Assembly (NCBI GenBank): GCA_951406725.2
Contig: OX597833.1
Coordinates: 24,986,001-25,050,000 of the forward strand
Length of the DNA: 64,000 bases
Origin: Octopus vulgaris
Lineage: Eukaryota
Direction of reading: 5' to 3'
Every line of letters begins with the position of its first letter. Positions within the stretch are counted from its first letter, which is position 1. The position numbers and the translations under genes were made by a program. This document shows positions 11,870 to 25,689 of the stretch, piece after piece. A model generated the notes under the pieces. That model worked only from the letters and a program-made list of their open reading frames with translations, was not told where the DNA came from and did not search any database.

Positions 11870-12499
11870 GACTACGACTACTACTACTACTTGGATATGA
11901 AGGAGACGATCGATAAAGTGAATTGCATAATTCTGACTGAATTACAAACACTTGTGATAAATGCACAAGCCACAATTATTGGTAGCTGCGGCAATGAACT
12001 ATTGTGATAATGTCAATATAAGTCCCAGGATACAAACTGAAAATAATAACAACAACAATAACAATACAAATAATGAAACCAAAACTGTTATATATTAATT
12101 CTTAATTATATTTACTTAGTAATTAGGCGTAGTAACGATTTATAGTGACATTTGACATTTAACAAAGGATAGATTAATATTACTGTTTGTTGCCAAGTTT
12201 ATACTGAGAATGGGCTAGAGAAATCTTTTAATTACACAGACATCTATAGAGAATATGATTTTATGAATTATACACACACAGACACACACACACATATATA
12301 TATATATATGCAATGTGGAGGAGGTAGGTATGTTGAATTTTCTAATTAACCATCGATCAATAATCTTCCTTAGTGTTATATTCAAGTCTTCAAAACGATA
12401 ATGATGTGCAGAATCGCTAACGTATTATTCGTAACCAGCCATGAGTTCTTGGAGTATTTCTGCGAGTTTTTCTCCTAATTTGACATATGTCTGCATGTA

Positions 12500-13200
12500 A
12501 GCTATGCTCCGACTAATTTAAATATCGAAATCATATACACGGCACTATACCATTTGAACTATAAAAAAAACTGCTTGATTCTGTTGACACAACAACTTTC
12601 ATGACGTCTGTAATAAACCAAGGCGTTACTTTTAGTACTACTGCCTCCCTTTTCGTAGAGAGACCCACGAAGAAATGCTGAAGCACACTCAGGACTGCTC
12701 AACATGGCAACGATGTCGTCTGCAATTGACCAATGGGTATCCGAAATTCATTAGAATTACTGTAGCTTCGCTTCCCTCACACCTCTACATATCCAAAGTT
12801 GATCTTATTAAACCTACCTTGATAAATTTTGTTACATACTGTTTAGAATGAAGAATCTGACACTACATACGTGCATCTGGTTAACTTAGTATCAGAACAT
12901 TGGCCATCAGTTTATTCTACGTTCTACACAACTTGTGTTAAACCTGAAAACTGACTGAAGATGGTTCCTTGTGTTACACAATTTGCGTATTTTTTCATGT
13001 GGGCCATTACCTTGTAATCCATGAAAGTTTATACCCACAAAATTCACACTTAAATGCATATTTATTTTGGTTATATTAAAGACGTAAACATCGATGATTT
13101 TATCTTCTATTTCATGAGAAATCTCGCTTCACTTGAACCGGAAAATCAGTTCGTATTGTTTTATGGACAAACATCCCCATTTCATGCAACAAGATCGACT
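12500..13200 (+). mobile_element. Decayed Penelope-like 3' region (GIY-YIG C-terminus remnant + pLTR with hammerhead-like remnant)
   Basis: SAI.. and L.I....LIKPTL remnants at ~12715-12825; AACTGA-CTGAAGA-TGGTTC...GAACCG-GAAA-A-TCAGTT at 12949-13151. Confidence 0.35.
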
Positions 13201-13799
13201 GACATGTTATATAGGAGATCTGGTGTATACCTTCAATGAGCCTCGGTTGTATTACTTCTTAACTTTGGTTAACATTATAAAAATCGAGTAAACGACAAAA
13301 CGAAAAATCTACAATTCTTGATGCACGACATAAATTTGGTTCACTTCCTAATGATGCACTTCTTTTGACGCCACAAATTAAATCATAGTCTTTCGTATCT
13401 TGCCCATGTCCACACATTGCTTTAGATGATGCAACAGCTTCAGTATAACCTCAATAACAAGCTTCGATACAAATAGAATTTTGCTTGAGATGGCAGCGAA
13501 GCATCTTAATAATACTTCAACAAAGTCAGAAAGAATCAGCAACGGTTCAGATATTGTCCATATAAAATTTAATTTGTTATGAGCTATGTTGTGTGTGTGT
13601 GTGTTTTCTTAGCCATTCATGCTACAATAGCGACAGCCTAAATTTCTTCCATATTCTTGCTCTGTTAAAATGTTTAAGAAAAATTATATTAATGTATTTT
13701 GCCTGTGGAAGTTCCATATTTTTTGTGCAGCTGAAGATAGCGCTGTATTTTAATTGATGTAATATTTGCATTGTTCAAATAAATAGAGCCGCTTGTTCC

Positions 13800-14290
13800 A
13801 ATGACATTCTTCGTCGCTCTGAGGAGCGCGATGTCATCGGTGAAGTCGATGTCTGTCAGGCGCCCCGACCCACACCACGGAATCCCAAATCCGCGTTGGC
13901 GCATTGCCTCACGCATGACGAAGTCGATCGCCATAAGATATAGGAGAGGGGATAGAATGCACCCTTGCCGTACATCGGTCTCAATGGCAAAGAAGTCGGT
14001 GTAGGCCGTCTCCGTTCGAACGCAGCACCAAGACTCGCAGTAAAGGCTCCGAATGGCGTCGATGAAACGCTCAGGAGTGCCGAAGTCACGAGCGATTCAC
14101 CACAACGAACTTCGGTGTATACTGTCGAATGCCTTGAGAAAATCAATGAAAATGATTGATTGCCGTTGCTGATATTTAAGGCTTGGTTCGATAATGTCAC
14201 GCAACGTGAAAATTTGTTCATTGCACGAACGTCCGCATCGAAAACCGGCTTGTTCTTTTCGGAGCCTCTCATCCACCGCCCGCTTAAATT
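13800..14290 (-). mobile_element. RTE-clade LINE reverse-transcriptase fragment
   Basis: One frame reads EQAGFRCGRSCNEQIFTLR...FIDFLKAFDSIHR...VRQGCILSPLLY...DIDFTDDIALL, with an internal stop. Confidence 0.9.
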
Positions 14291-14695
14291 CCTCTGTTTT
14301 AGTCTGGAGGACTATAATAAACTAGAGGGAGCTAAGAACTGATCCAAGGTGGATTCCTACTTGTACACTAAATTCCTTGCTATACGGTAATGTTCTCTGG
14401 ATTATATATATTAGCAATAGTTATAACCAGATTGAATATGCAGACTTATTCATCTTTGGAATGTATTTTCCCTTATTTTACAATTTTATATTCCATATTA
14501 TGATGGGCTTTATGACCTATGTGTGTTTTCCGTAATCTGCGCAATGGAAACGCGTTTAGGTCACAAGCACCATAATAAATATGGTATATAAAATTATAAA
14601 ATAAGAGGAAATAAGTTCCGAGAATGAACAAGTCTCTATATTCTATATCGTTATAATTATTGCTAACATACATACAAGCAGAGAGAGATACATGC

Positions 14696-14789
<94 letters not shown>

Positions 14790-14794
<5 letters not shown>

Positions 14795-15267
14795 TATATT
14801 TCGGAATGGTCATATTGCCAGTTTAGCCAATAAAAACACACGCACTATATATTTGGTGTTATTTTGCTTCAGTGATATTTATTTTTTACATTAATCTTAA
14901 TCTTATTTCGGCCAGAGTTCTTTCGTCACACTCCTGTGACCGCATCAGTGGTCCTTTGTTTTCTTCTTTCGTATTTGTGTCTCTCCTTACTAACCGTCAG
15001 TCATTTTTTATTTCTATTGTATGTCTTCATTTGCGCATGCTTATATCTCTATGTACGTCTATGTTTATTTAGTGTGTGTGTGTGGGGATGCCTGTAATAT
15101 TTGTATCTTCTGTTTATATACATTCATGTAATTTGTATTTTGTTTTTGTTGTTGTTGCTGTTGTTCTAATTTTGGTCATGTGTTTACATCCATCCATTAT
15201 TATCATTACATATGCTTGTATGTATGTATAACAACAATATTAGTAATAATAATAATAAATCTAATCG

Positions 15268-15321
<54 letters not shown>

Positions 15322-15332
15322 TATATATACAC

Positions 15333-15373
<41 letters not shown>

Positions 15374-15749
15374 TATATATACATACATATACATACATAG
15401 ATATATATACATATATATAGTTATTCATTTCTATTTGTTTATTTATCTGTGTATTTATTTATTATGTTTTCGGGATCCTCTATCGTCATATGTTGTGGTG
15501 TGTGCTATTGCTCCATTCTAGTTTTCTATTCAGGCTAGGTTTATTTTCTATTATATGTGTAGCTTCTGTAATTTGTCTAATTCTTGCATCAGTTCTATGT
15601 GTGGACAATATCTTAATCTCTATGTTATTAATTGATCCCCCGTGTTCCTGTTCGGCGTGTTGGTACAGAATCGATGAGCTTTTACCATCCTTGAGTTGTC
15701 TCCAATGTGCATTCACCCGCTCTCCTATGCTTCTTGCCGTTTCCCCTAC

Positions 15750-15752
<3 letters not shown>
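14790..15752 (-). mobile_element. 5'-truncated Penelope-like element (GIY-YIG endonuclease C-half + pLTR) embedded in (TA)n
   Basis: [16 protein letters not shown]...SILYQH...IKIL...[17 protein letters not shown] in ORF 15486-15875. (TA)n on both sides; hammerhead-like motif downstream on the same strand. Confidence 0.85.
14910..14954 (-). ncRNA. Minimal hammerhead-like motif in Penelope pLTR (variant core CUGAUGC)
   Basis: GGACCA-CTGATGC-G-GTCACA-GGAG-TGTGAC-GAAA-G-AA-C-TC-TGGCC. Confidence 0.55.
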
Positions 15753-15786
<34 letters not shown>

Positions 15787-15814
15787 CATATATATATATC
15801 TGTATATATATATG

Positions 15815-15874
<60 letters not shown>

Positions 15875-16118
15875 TACATGTTATATTAAATTAGAGATAA
15901 AACCACTATTAGGTAAATCAAACAGTGAAAATCATAAGCCAATTCATAGAAATAAAATTAATTAAAAAATATAAAAAATATAAAATATATAATATAAAAA
16001 TCCAATTAAATATTTAAATTAAAGTTAAAATTTTTAAAAATTATTTAAATTAATAAAAATATATATACATATATACATACATATATATATACATAAATAC
16101 ATAAATATATATACATAT

Positions 16119-16192
<74 letters not shown>

Positions 16193-16325
16193 GCGGCGAA
16201 GTAATTTATTTTACTAAGCCCTTTTATATAATGTAATAATTTGAATTCGCCTTAAATGGTCCCTTTGCATACTGAACACTTGGTGAAATTGATTAATAAT
16301 TAATTAATTTTACCCTCAATTGTTG

Positions 16326-16375
<50 letters not shown>

Positions 16376-16380
16376 AGTGT

Positions 16381-16668
16381 GTAATTTGTGAACGGGGTGA
16401 GGGGTCTATTCACCTGTTTGAGATCCACTTGCAACAGTTAATGATATATAGGCGCAGGCGTGGTTGTACATTAAGAACTTTGCTTTCCAGCCACACGGTT
16501 CTCAGTTCAGTCCCACTGCATGACATCATACGCAAGTGGGCTGAAACTGTGTGGCTGGAAAGCAAAGTTCTTACCGTAGAACCACACCGCGCCTATATAT
16601 CATTAACTGCTGCAAGGTAAGTGGATCTCAAACTGGTGAATGGACCCCTCGCTCTGTTCACAAATTAC
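16381..16668. repeat. Long imperfect inverted repeat (~135-bp arms, ~17-nt loop) including a SINE head
   Basis: GTAATTTGTGAAC...TCCCACT (16381-16517) pairs with AGTGGG...GTTCACAAATTAC (16535-16668). Confidence 0.9.
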
Positions 16669-18084
16669 TGAAAGTTTTAACCCCAGTTTTCTTTAAATGG
16701 GTCTAGAAAAAGAGTTTGCATAGATTTATTCTGCATAGTAGAAGGCAACTGCAAATCGCTAATTTTGTCAAATATGGGATTTTATTCGATCGCTCTTTAA
16801 GTCCTCCCTTAGTTCAATTCAACTCTTCAAGGGGGAGCATGCTTTCATATCTTCCTAGTCTTATGAACGTATGATACTGCTGTTTTAAGTCACCCAACTA
16901 GGAATGTATGTGTGTGTGTGTGCGCGCGCGCGTATGTGTGTTGTGTTGTGTGCGGTTGCAATTTCGCTTCAGTTCATCCGGGGTAATTTCAAAACATTTC
17001 AAAACATGAAGCGCTTAGCATGAAATCTGTGTAAATTTTTATCTGTTAATAACAGATGCAAATAAAGCTAGTTTCGGTTAACTAAATAAAAAAAAAGAAA
17101 AGCAATATATACAACAATTTAAAGTAAAAATTGGTGAAATGTTGCATAAAATTGAACATTTATTTAACTTGATTTGATATCAATGAAGTTATTCTGGCAG
17201 CCTTCGTTTCCATGATCAGTTAAATAACAATAGTCAATACGTCATGTTTGCAAACAACTGATATCAAAAGAGTCAAATGTAGTCGACTTGTTTTTTGCCA
17301 TTTCAATGAATTAAATATTATCGAAGTTCAGATTCTGCTGTAACCTTATCGAATTTTTAACAGTATAATACTTTACTTCAATAAATAAATCTTCATTGTA
17401 GAAAACATTTGTAAACGAAAACAAAAAAATAATAGTTTTGAATCCAGCGCTAAATGGTCGCTATTTTATTGTTTACATTATCGACTGCGTTTGCCTGTAG
17501 TTTAGTCATTAAATTCTTTTGCAACTCACTAAACGCTAGTTGTTATAAATTAAATAATTTAATGTGTGCGAATGTATTTGTCGGAACAAAATGAATCAAG
17601 TTAATTGAAGAATACCAAAGGGGAATTGAAAAACCCCATATGGGACAAGTCAGACGAGTATTGTGCCAATACACATCAATAGAAAGATTGGATTAGATGA
17701 AATGGAATATAAATAAATGGCGTAAACAAAGAGTAATGCAAGTAACACAAACATCCCGATTTATAATCGTATAAAAATATAGCATCCATACATGTGTTAC
17801 CGAGGCAAGCTACGTTACTGTCGAAAATATACTGAAATCTCATCACCTACGACTTAAGTTAATTGTATAAGGTTTCCAATCATTGAAGATCACCTTTTAT
17901 TTTGATTTGATTGTGTACGTCTTTCTGCGTTTCTCTGTGTGTGTGTTTGTGTACCTCTGTACTTGTGTAAATGTGCGGGTATGCACATCTTCAAACGCAC
18001 GCACATACATGTCTACATATTTACACCCCCCCCCCACACACACACGCACACACACAGGTGTGTGTATGTATGTGTGTGTTTAAT

Positions 18085-18760
18085 ATATTACTTATTTACC
18101 TAAGTTTTAAAATCATCTCTATCGAAATAATCACATTGCGCAGCAATACAGCGTTCTTGCATTTGGAAGTCGATTTCCGTAAGCGAGTCAGGCACCTTCT
18201 GTGAATCGTTCTGGTTCTCGGCAAATGTTAAAACGACGACCTTTGAGCTGCACTTTCATCTTGATGATGAGATGGAAGGCTGCAGGTACTAAATCTGTTA
18301 AATGAGGCGGGTGCAAAGCGATACTATGTCGTTTTTGGCGGGAAACTCATTACTGAGAAAAGCTCTGTAAAGAATCCAATTGTTCGTGCTCCACAGATAC
18401 GGTCACTTTAACCGAATGTATTCCCTGAAACGCTTCGAAACGTCGCAGTAAACTCTCGATTGACGGTCTGGCACTGTGGGACGAATTATCGATGCAAAAT
18501 ACCAAATCTCTGGGGGTGACGCTTGTGGCAAGCCTTCCAGATCGCTCCTCGTCGTCTTCTAGGGAATTTTCTCCGCTTTTGAAGCGCCCGTGCCACTTGA
18601 AACACTACGTACGAGCCGTTACCTCATTGTTATAAACTTGCCGAAGCATGCTCAATGTCTCCGTAGTAGACTTCCTAAGTTTAATGCAAAATTTCACGTT
18701 GGATCTTCGTTCCAACTTCCTGTCCATGACATGTGGACAAAGCTGCGTGTCGTTCAATAA
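18085..18760 (-). mobile_element. Internally deleted mariner transposase relic
   Basis: N-terminal MDRKLERRSNVKFCIKLRKSTTETLSMLRQVY...FKWHGRFKSG..SLED and C-terminal HPPHLTDLVPAAF..KMK..LKGRRF (YSPDLAP motif remnant). Confidence 0.8.
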
Positions 18761-19043
18761 TAGATAAAAATAATAATAAAATAATACTCGTTAAGTACAG
18801 GACATCACAAACGAGTGGAAAATACTTAAAGACACGAGAGCTAAGTATAGGATAAAATACCCAAAACTTCACAATAAGTAAAGGACATCACCAGCGAATG
18901 AAAAATACGTAAACACATAACGAGAGACAGGTACGGGGAAAAATACCAAAAGAAATCTAACTCCTCAGTTGTCGACGGTTTATTATTCCCCATTTTGTAC
19001 TTTCAGTGACAAAACAGGAAAACTTCATAAGACAGCAAAGTTT

Positions 19044-19074
<31 letters not shown>

Positions 19075-19489
19075 TGACAACATATTTAAACAAACATTTC
19101 TTTCTTTCTGGAGGCGTCGAATGTGTATCGTATCATACAGTAATATTTGGAACACAGGATAGCCGTGAAAACAACAGAAAGACTGTGTATTTTACCCTTA
19201 TTTGACGGAAAATGTTGAGTGCAATTGCTCGTTATATGCAGTGGAGCGGATACTGAGACTCATACTTTCCAGTGTATAGCATAAATGGCTAACACAATTT
19301 GCAGAAATGAAATGAAAATAAATTAAAAAGAAAGACTATTCGGATTGTCCTGTGACGGGTATTTGAATAAGAGGTATCTCTCATATGTGTATCTTAGTAT
19401 GTCGTTGTTCTTTGTTTTTCAAATACATGCCACTTACTGCTGCTAGTTATTTCTCTTAAGCTCTTTTTGTTTTATTCATGGAAACATAA

Positions 19490-20658
19490 TCTTTATATAT
19501 ATAAAACTGAGAATGTGTCTGTCTGTCTGTATGCCTGTCTGTCTGTCTGTGTGTTTCCCTAAAACTTGAGAACTACACGACCATTTTCATTCAAATTTCA
19601 CACATGCCTTACTTAGGGTCCGGGGAGTGTTATCGGCAAATATTTTTTTAACTTTTTGCTTAGGGCGAGCCCACAGCAATATCATATCTTCTCCACTACG
19701 ATTCCCTAAAACTTGAGAACTACACAACCAATTCCATTCAAATTTTACACATGCCTTACTTAGGGTCCATGTAGTTTCATGGGCAAAAAAATGTTCAACT
19801 TCTTGCCTAGCAATATCATATCTTCTCCACTATTTCAGTATTACGTGTTAAAAGTGAAACAAAAACGTTTCTCTATTTTATGTCAGATACTTTCACTTTA
19901 ACAATAAAAATAATAATAACAATTGAATTATATATAGTAAGTAATAATTAAAATCAAACTAATGTATAATATAATCGTAACATAACAAAAGTAAAAATAG
20001 CAATTGGTATAAAATTGCATCAATGACTTGAACTTGAATAAGTGGTTTCACATGAATGGGAATAAATTAAAAATAAAATTATCTTGCAGAAATGGAATAG
20101 TCCAGATGGATAATAAAAAATTAAATTAAAGAAAAGACTATTGTCTATAAAGTATACAATGTAGAGAAAAAAGAACACATGGAGGAAAGCACCTTCGAAA
20201 AGTGCCTTGGTGCAACTATGAAAGGTATCTAATCAGAGGCGGTAAATTCGCCACAATAGAAGCAAGGTTCGAGTCAACGGAGCGTGCAAGGGAGTACTCG
20301 ACTCGAACTTGCAAAGTGGAAATATTTTATTTCTACCTTTATATCTGGGACGTAGGACGTCCCGGAAAAAAATTAAAAATTCCCCTCTCACTCAGAAGTA
20401 GAGGTAGGCTGGATTGTAGCCACACTTCTATACAAGAGGAAGGACAAGATACAATTGATCGAAATTACAAGAGACAGGCTAACAATTCTAGTCTGTTATA
20501 TATTTTGAGTATTGTTATCGCTAGCGATATCAAGATATAACTTTGTATTTTGTATTTTATGTGTAGATGTATATATATAGATGTACATGTAATATGTACA
20601 CACATATATATACATGCACTAGCACTATGACCCGGCAACGACGGGTCTTTAATGCTAG
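19490..20658 (+). mobile_element. Non-autonomous Helitron with internal ~145-bp duplication and an internal coding-like fragment
   Basis: A|TCTTTATATATATAAAA start, (TGTC)n, 3' hairpin GACCCG/CGGGTC (20629-20647), CTAG|T end: AT target, no TSD. Confidence 0.8.
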
Positions 20659-21089
20659 TCGGTTATAAAAGAAATCTATTCCGTTTTGAGTATGACTACT
20701 TCTCCTGTCTGTTACAAATAAGAACGCACAACTGCTGTACTGATGCCGCCTGTTGAGGTAGAAACATATACTAATGATTATCCTTTTGTTGTCAGATAAT
20801 CGGACTCTCTTTTCTTCAAGAGAATTTTTGGTTATGGAGATTATCTCCCCTTCTTATATGGAGTCGGCACTAATAGCTGCAAACGGTTTCTTCTACTATT
20901 CCAAAAATCCAAGATAACTTTAAAAATCAAGAAATTATCGTATTTCATATATATTTATTGATGATTGTTTTATATATATATACTTCGTTTTTGTATTTGT
21001 TTTGCAAGATTATTTATGTGAATTCGTGTGATAAAACAAATTTCGTTGTGTCTAGGGACAGTCATCATGCCTATATTAACTCACGTACT

Positions 21090-21297
21090 AATGCGGCGAG
21101 CTGCCAGAAACGTTAGCGCGCCGGCGAAATGCTTAGCAGTCGTTCGTCTGTCTTTATGTTCTGAGTTCAAATTCCGCCGGGGTTGGCTTTGCCTTTCATC
21201 ATTTCGGAGTCGATAAATTAAGAACCAGTTCGGTTGATGTAATCGATTGGCCCTCCCTCACCAAAATTGTCGGGCCTTGTGCTTAAAGTAGAAAAGA
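21090..21297 (+). mobile_element. tRNA-derived SINE family A with 17-bp TSD
   Basis: ATATTAACTCACGTACT at 21073-21089 and 21298-21314; B-box-like GAGTTCAAATTCC. Confidence 0.9.
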
Positions 21298-21669
21298 ATA
21301 TTAACTCACGTACTGGTTTAATTCTACACCTTTATTAGTGAATTAGCTAAATATCCAACTAACTAAACGATTGTTTGTTTAACTTGGTTAAACAGTAAGT
21401 CGTGTTTTAATAATTTTTTTGTCAAAGATCTGCTATTTGCAACATTTTCAATGACTTTTCTCTTAAACCGTTGCGGAGGCCACATTTGTATGTCTGAGAC
21501 GTTGTTGCGTGCCTGTGTGCGCGTGTCTATGCATGCATGCATGTATGTATGTATGTATGTATGTATGTATGTATGTATGTATGTATGTATGTATGTATGT
21601 ATGTATGTATGCATGTATGTATGTATGTATACACACACATATGTTTATAAATATATATGTATGCAGTTG

Positions 21670-21830
21670 GAATTTTAAAAAAACATAACAAAAGACGAAG
21701 ATGGGTGTGAAAAACAACAACAGGTGTATTAGTTTAACACTCAGGAAGTGAGAAAGACTTTTATGTTTCGAGCCTACCCACTTCAACAGAGAGGAACACT
21801 GAAATAAACAGAGAAGTAAAATAAAAAAAA
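21670..21830 (-). mobile_element. Short interspersed repeat with degenerate hammerhead topology (probable Penelope pLTR)
   Basis: Homologous to 36277-36450 and 57700-57870; CTGTTGA-A-...GCTC-GAAAC. Confidence 0.55.
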
Positions 21831-22204
21831 AAAGGTTTTATTGGATAAACTGGAAGCAAGGAAATGTATGGATTACAGTGTGTAAGTATATTGTTAAAAC
21901 CCCCATTTGGAAATAAAAAGTCGAAGGTCTGCTTGTATGAATCCAAGCCACATTACCTTTACACATGACAGGTTATCTACCATGGAATCAAATTATTTCT
22001 TCGAATTCTCTATCCCTTTTAGTAACTTTATTCTTGCCAGCTGCATTTGTACGTTGTTGATGTCTAAGATTTTATAAACTTCTAGGGCACATAAAATAAT
22101 ATATATACATATTTTGTAAATTATAATTATAGGCTTATAAGCGGTCACTGCGTACTAGCTACAAAAAATAGTCAAATATTAGGGCATATAAGTCCTTGAT
22201 GGAA

Positions 22205-22254
<50 letters not shown>

Positions 22255-22625
22255 AGTACGCGCGGGAATTTCCATGGTAATTGTGCTGAAAGATTGCATC
22301 AACGTTCCCTCTAATTTCTTTCCCTTAGATTGATTTAAGAACAAAAATTTAATAGTGTTGTGTAAACAAACAAACAAGTGCGTATTCTGTATTGGAATAA
22401 GAAATAGAGACGAATGAAAATTTTGTAAATAATAATTATCATTCCCACGCGTACAGTTATCCATTTTTGTTTTCCGTCGAGGTCTTCCATGACCCAATAT
22501 TAGATTATTTACTATAGCCGATACACTGTGATCGGATATAAGATTTAAGCTTATAATAATATTTACAGAGTTTTCAATCCTCAGCGTTTCTTAAAAGAAC
22601 GTAGAATATTATATACATACATATC

Positions 22626-22690
<65 letters not shown>

Positions 22691-22701
22691 ATATATATAT
22701 A

Positions 22702-22760
<59 letters not shown>

Positions 22761-22779
22761 ATATCTAATATATATATAT

Positions 22780-22834
<55 letters not shown>

Positions 22835-23001
22835 GTATGTATGTATATATATATATATATAGAGAGAGACTTTGTCACACTTGCTTCACGCTGATCTTAT
22901 TGGAGGATTGAGTTTCAAGTATAATGACATTTATGGAATACTCACCCACATCACGCCTTCATTAAAGGAGAAGATGTCCTCCTCATTAATTGTTCTGCAT
23001 G

Positions 23002-23090
<89 letters not shown>

Positions 23091-23094
<4 letters not shown>

Positions 23095-23285
23095 GTTTAC
23101 TTGTTTCAGTCATTTGACTGCGGCCATGCTGGATCACTGCCTTTAGTCGAGCAAACTTAGCAATTCAAAAAAAGTGACCGATAGAATAAGTACTAGGCTT
23201 ACAAAGAATATGTCCGGGGGTCGATTTGCTCGACTAAAGGCCGTGATCCAGCATGGCCGCAATCAAATGACTGAAACAAGTAAAA

Positions 23286-23328
<43 letters not shown>

Positions 23329-23729
23329 ACTGCGCCATTCGTTTACTTGTTTCAGTCATTTGACTGCGGCCATGCTGGATCACTGCCTTTAGTCGAGCAA
23401 ATCGACCCCCGGACATATTCTTTGTAAGCCTAGTACTTATTCTATCGGTCACTTTTTTTGAATCGCTAAGGTATGGGGACGTAAACACACCACCATCGGT
23501 AGTCAAGAGATGTTTTTTTTTTGGGGGGGGGGTCGAACACAGAGACACAAAAATACGTACATACACACACACATATATATAGGGCGGGTTTCTTTCAGTT
23601 TCCGTTCCCAAAATACATTCACAAGGCTTTGGTCGGCCCGAGGCTATAGTAGACACTTGCCCAGTGGAACTGGACCTGGAACCATGTGGCTGGTAAGTAA
23701 GCTACTTTCCTCACAGCCACTCTTGCACC
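23091..23729 (-). mobile_element. tRNA-derived SINE family B (CORE-like) with a duplicated-inverted 3' end
   Basis: Homologous to 44892-45260; main copy 23336-23729, extra segments 23091-23155 and 23156-23290. Confidence 0.85.
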
Positions 23730-23733
23730 AATG

Positions 23734-23798
<65 letters not shown>

Positions 23799-23811
23799 TT
23801 GTGTGTATGTG

Positions 23812-23862
<51 letters not shown>

Positions 23863-24616
23863 TAATGCACGTGTGCATATGCGTTTGAAACGTTAAAAAC
23901 CATGAACAATAAGTAAAATTTATTTGCTGAAATCAGTGAATAGAACTGTTGAATAAATGATTAGAAGCATTATATATTTTACTTGAAATATTTTTGTAAA
24001 TGCTTGGGATTATTTTCCCTGCTTCCTTCATCGTATCCTGTATAACATTTGTGCGTATAAATTCCTTAGCAACATTGTTGATAAGAATGCTCTCGTCATT
24101 AAATTATAATAATCAAAACTTGGCGTGATTTAGGTTAATCAATATATTAAATATTGATATATTAATATTAGTTATACAGCTTTGAAGTTAAGCTGGGCAA
24201 GTGACAATCGGAAACTGCAGTTTCGATACTCGGTCTCATTCATATAATTTGCAGAATAAATGCGGAACAAATCTAAGGGAGACAACTCCTATTGACTTAA
24301 TGCAAATATTTTTACTTTCGTCGCGTTTTCTCTAACTAGGTATTTCTGCGTGAGATAAACAAAGGTAAATGCAAGATGTTTGAGTGGATAGAGGTATTGG
24401 ACGTTCGTATTCTGCATTGGGCAGTGAGCGTGAGTGTAGTTATCGCACGTAAATCAATAAGAAGGTACCAAGTTCTATACACTGCCTCATACGCGAAGAC
24501 ACCGATCATATTTTAGTATGGCGAAATAAAATTAGCTTTAAAGAGGGGCCTTGGTAAAGAATGGGCCAGTAGAGAGGGCTATACCACAGCAATGGAGCGG
24601 CTTTCAGTGAGCGATA

Positions 24617-24938
24617 AGGATGATGATTTGCAGAATTGTGAAGACTACCTAATAATGATGATGATGATAATGATGATGGAGAAGTTGGTGTTGTTGGTGA
24701 TGTTGGTGTTGGTAGTGATGACGATAATGATGATGATGAAGATCATGATGATGATGATCATTATGACGGTGAGGATGTCAATGATGTTCAAAATGATGAT
24801 GATGATGACGACGACGTTCATAATGATGATGTCGATGACGACGATGATGATGATCAGGATGCCGATGATGCTGATGATGATGCCGATGATGCTGATACTG
24901 AGTATGATGTTGACATTTATAATGACGATTACGATAAC

Positions 24939-25000
<62 letters not shown>

Positions 25001-25030
25001 CGACGACGACGACGACGATGGCGACGACGT
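24617..25030. repeat. Degenerate (GAT)n/(GAC)n microsatellite
   Basis: Direct reading; explains the poly-Met ORF. Confidence 0.9.
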
Positions 25031-25689
25031 TAGTGATGTATATTCATTGAGTGACATTGCTGTTGCTGATATCAATGATGCTGATCGTATCGCCTGTACA
25101 TTCGATCATCACTTCGAATACACGAGCAATCAGCAGAACACATAGCGTACATGTAAATGGCAAAGGATACAAAAACGTGTATTGTACACTGACTTGACTA
25201 TGTACAATAAAATACTCAGTAAAACGACAGCCTTGGAATATAGACGATATCTCCTAAGTATTGTTGTAGTGCGTTACCTTACTTCATTTGGCATGAACAC
25301 TGCAATAATTGATAAATTAACAACAACAACAACAACAATGATAATGTTATTAATTCTTTCTACTAAAAGCATTGGGGCTGCTAATTTGGGGAAGTAGTCA
25401 ATCATATCGACCCGTTTGCTCATCTTATATTCTCGCTCTCGAAAGGATGAAATGCAAAGCAACCTCAGCAAATACATTGCAGAACGTTAATGCCGCTTAG
25501 CATTTTGTCCGACGAACAAACAATTCCGTCGGCTCGCCGCCAATGTTCTCTCTATTAACCAAAACGGGTTAACAAAAAAGATCGAGAAGTGTACAGAATG
25601 ATATAAAGCTGAGTTTTGTAAACGCGTGTAAACAATTAAAATAACATAAGTAAAAAGAAAAAAAGAGGAGGAAAATAAAATTCATACAA

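Noticed and set aside
24592-25050. Poly-Met or poly-Asp protein
   Set aside because: Degenerate (GAT)n repeat without splice or start context.
25270-25305. Minus-strand micro-exon (TTGCAG...GTAAG)
   Set aside because: Only short splice-like motifs; expected by chance.
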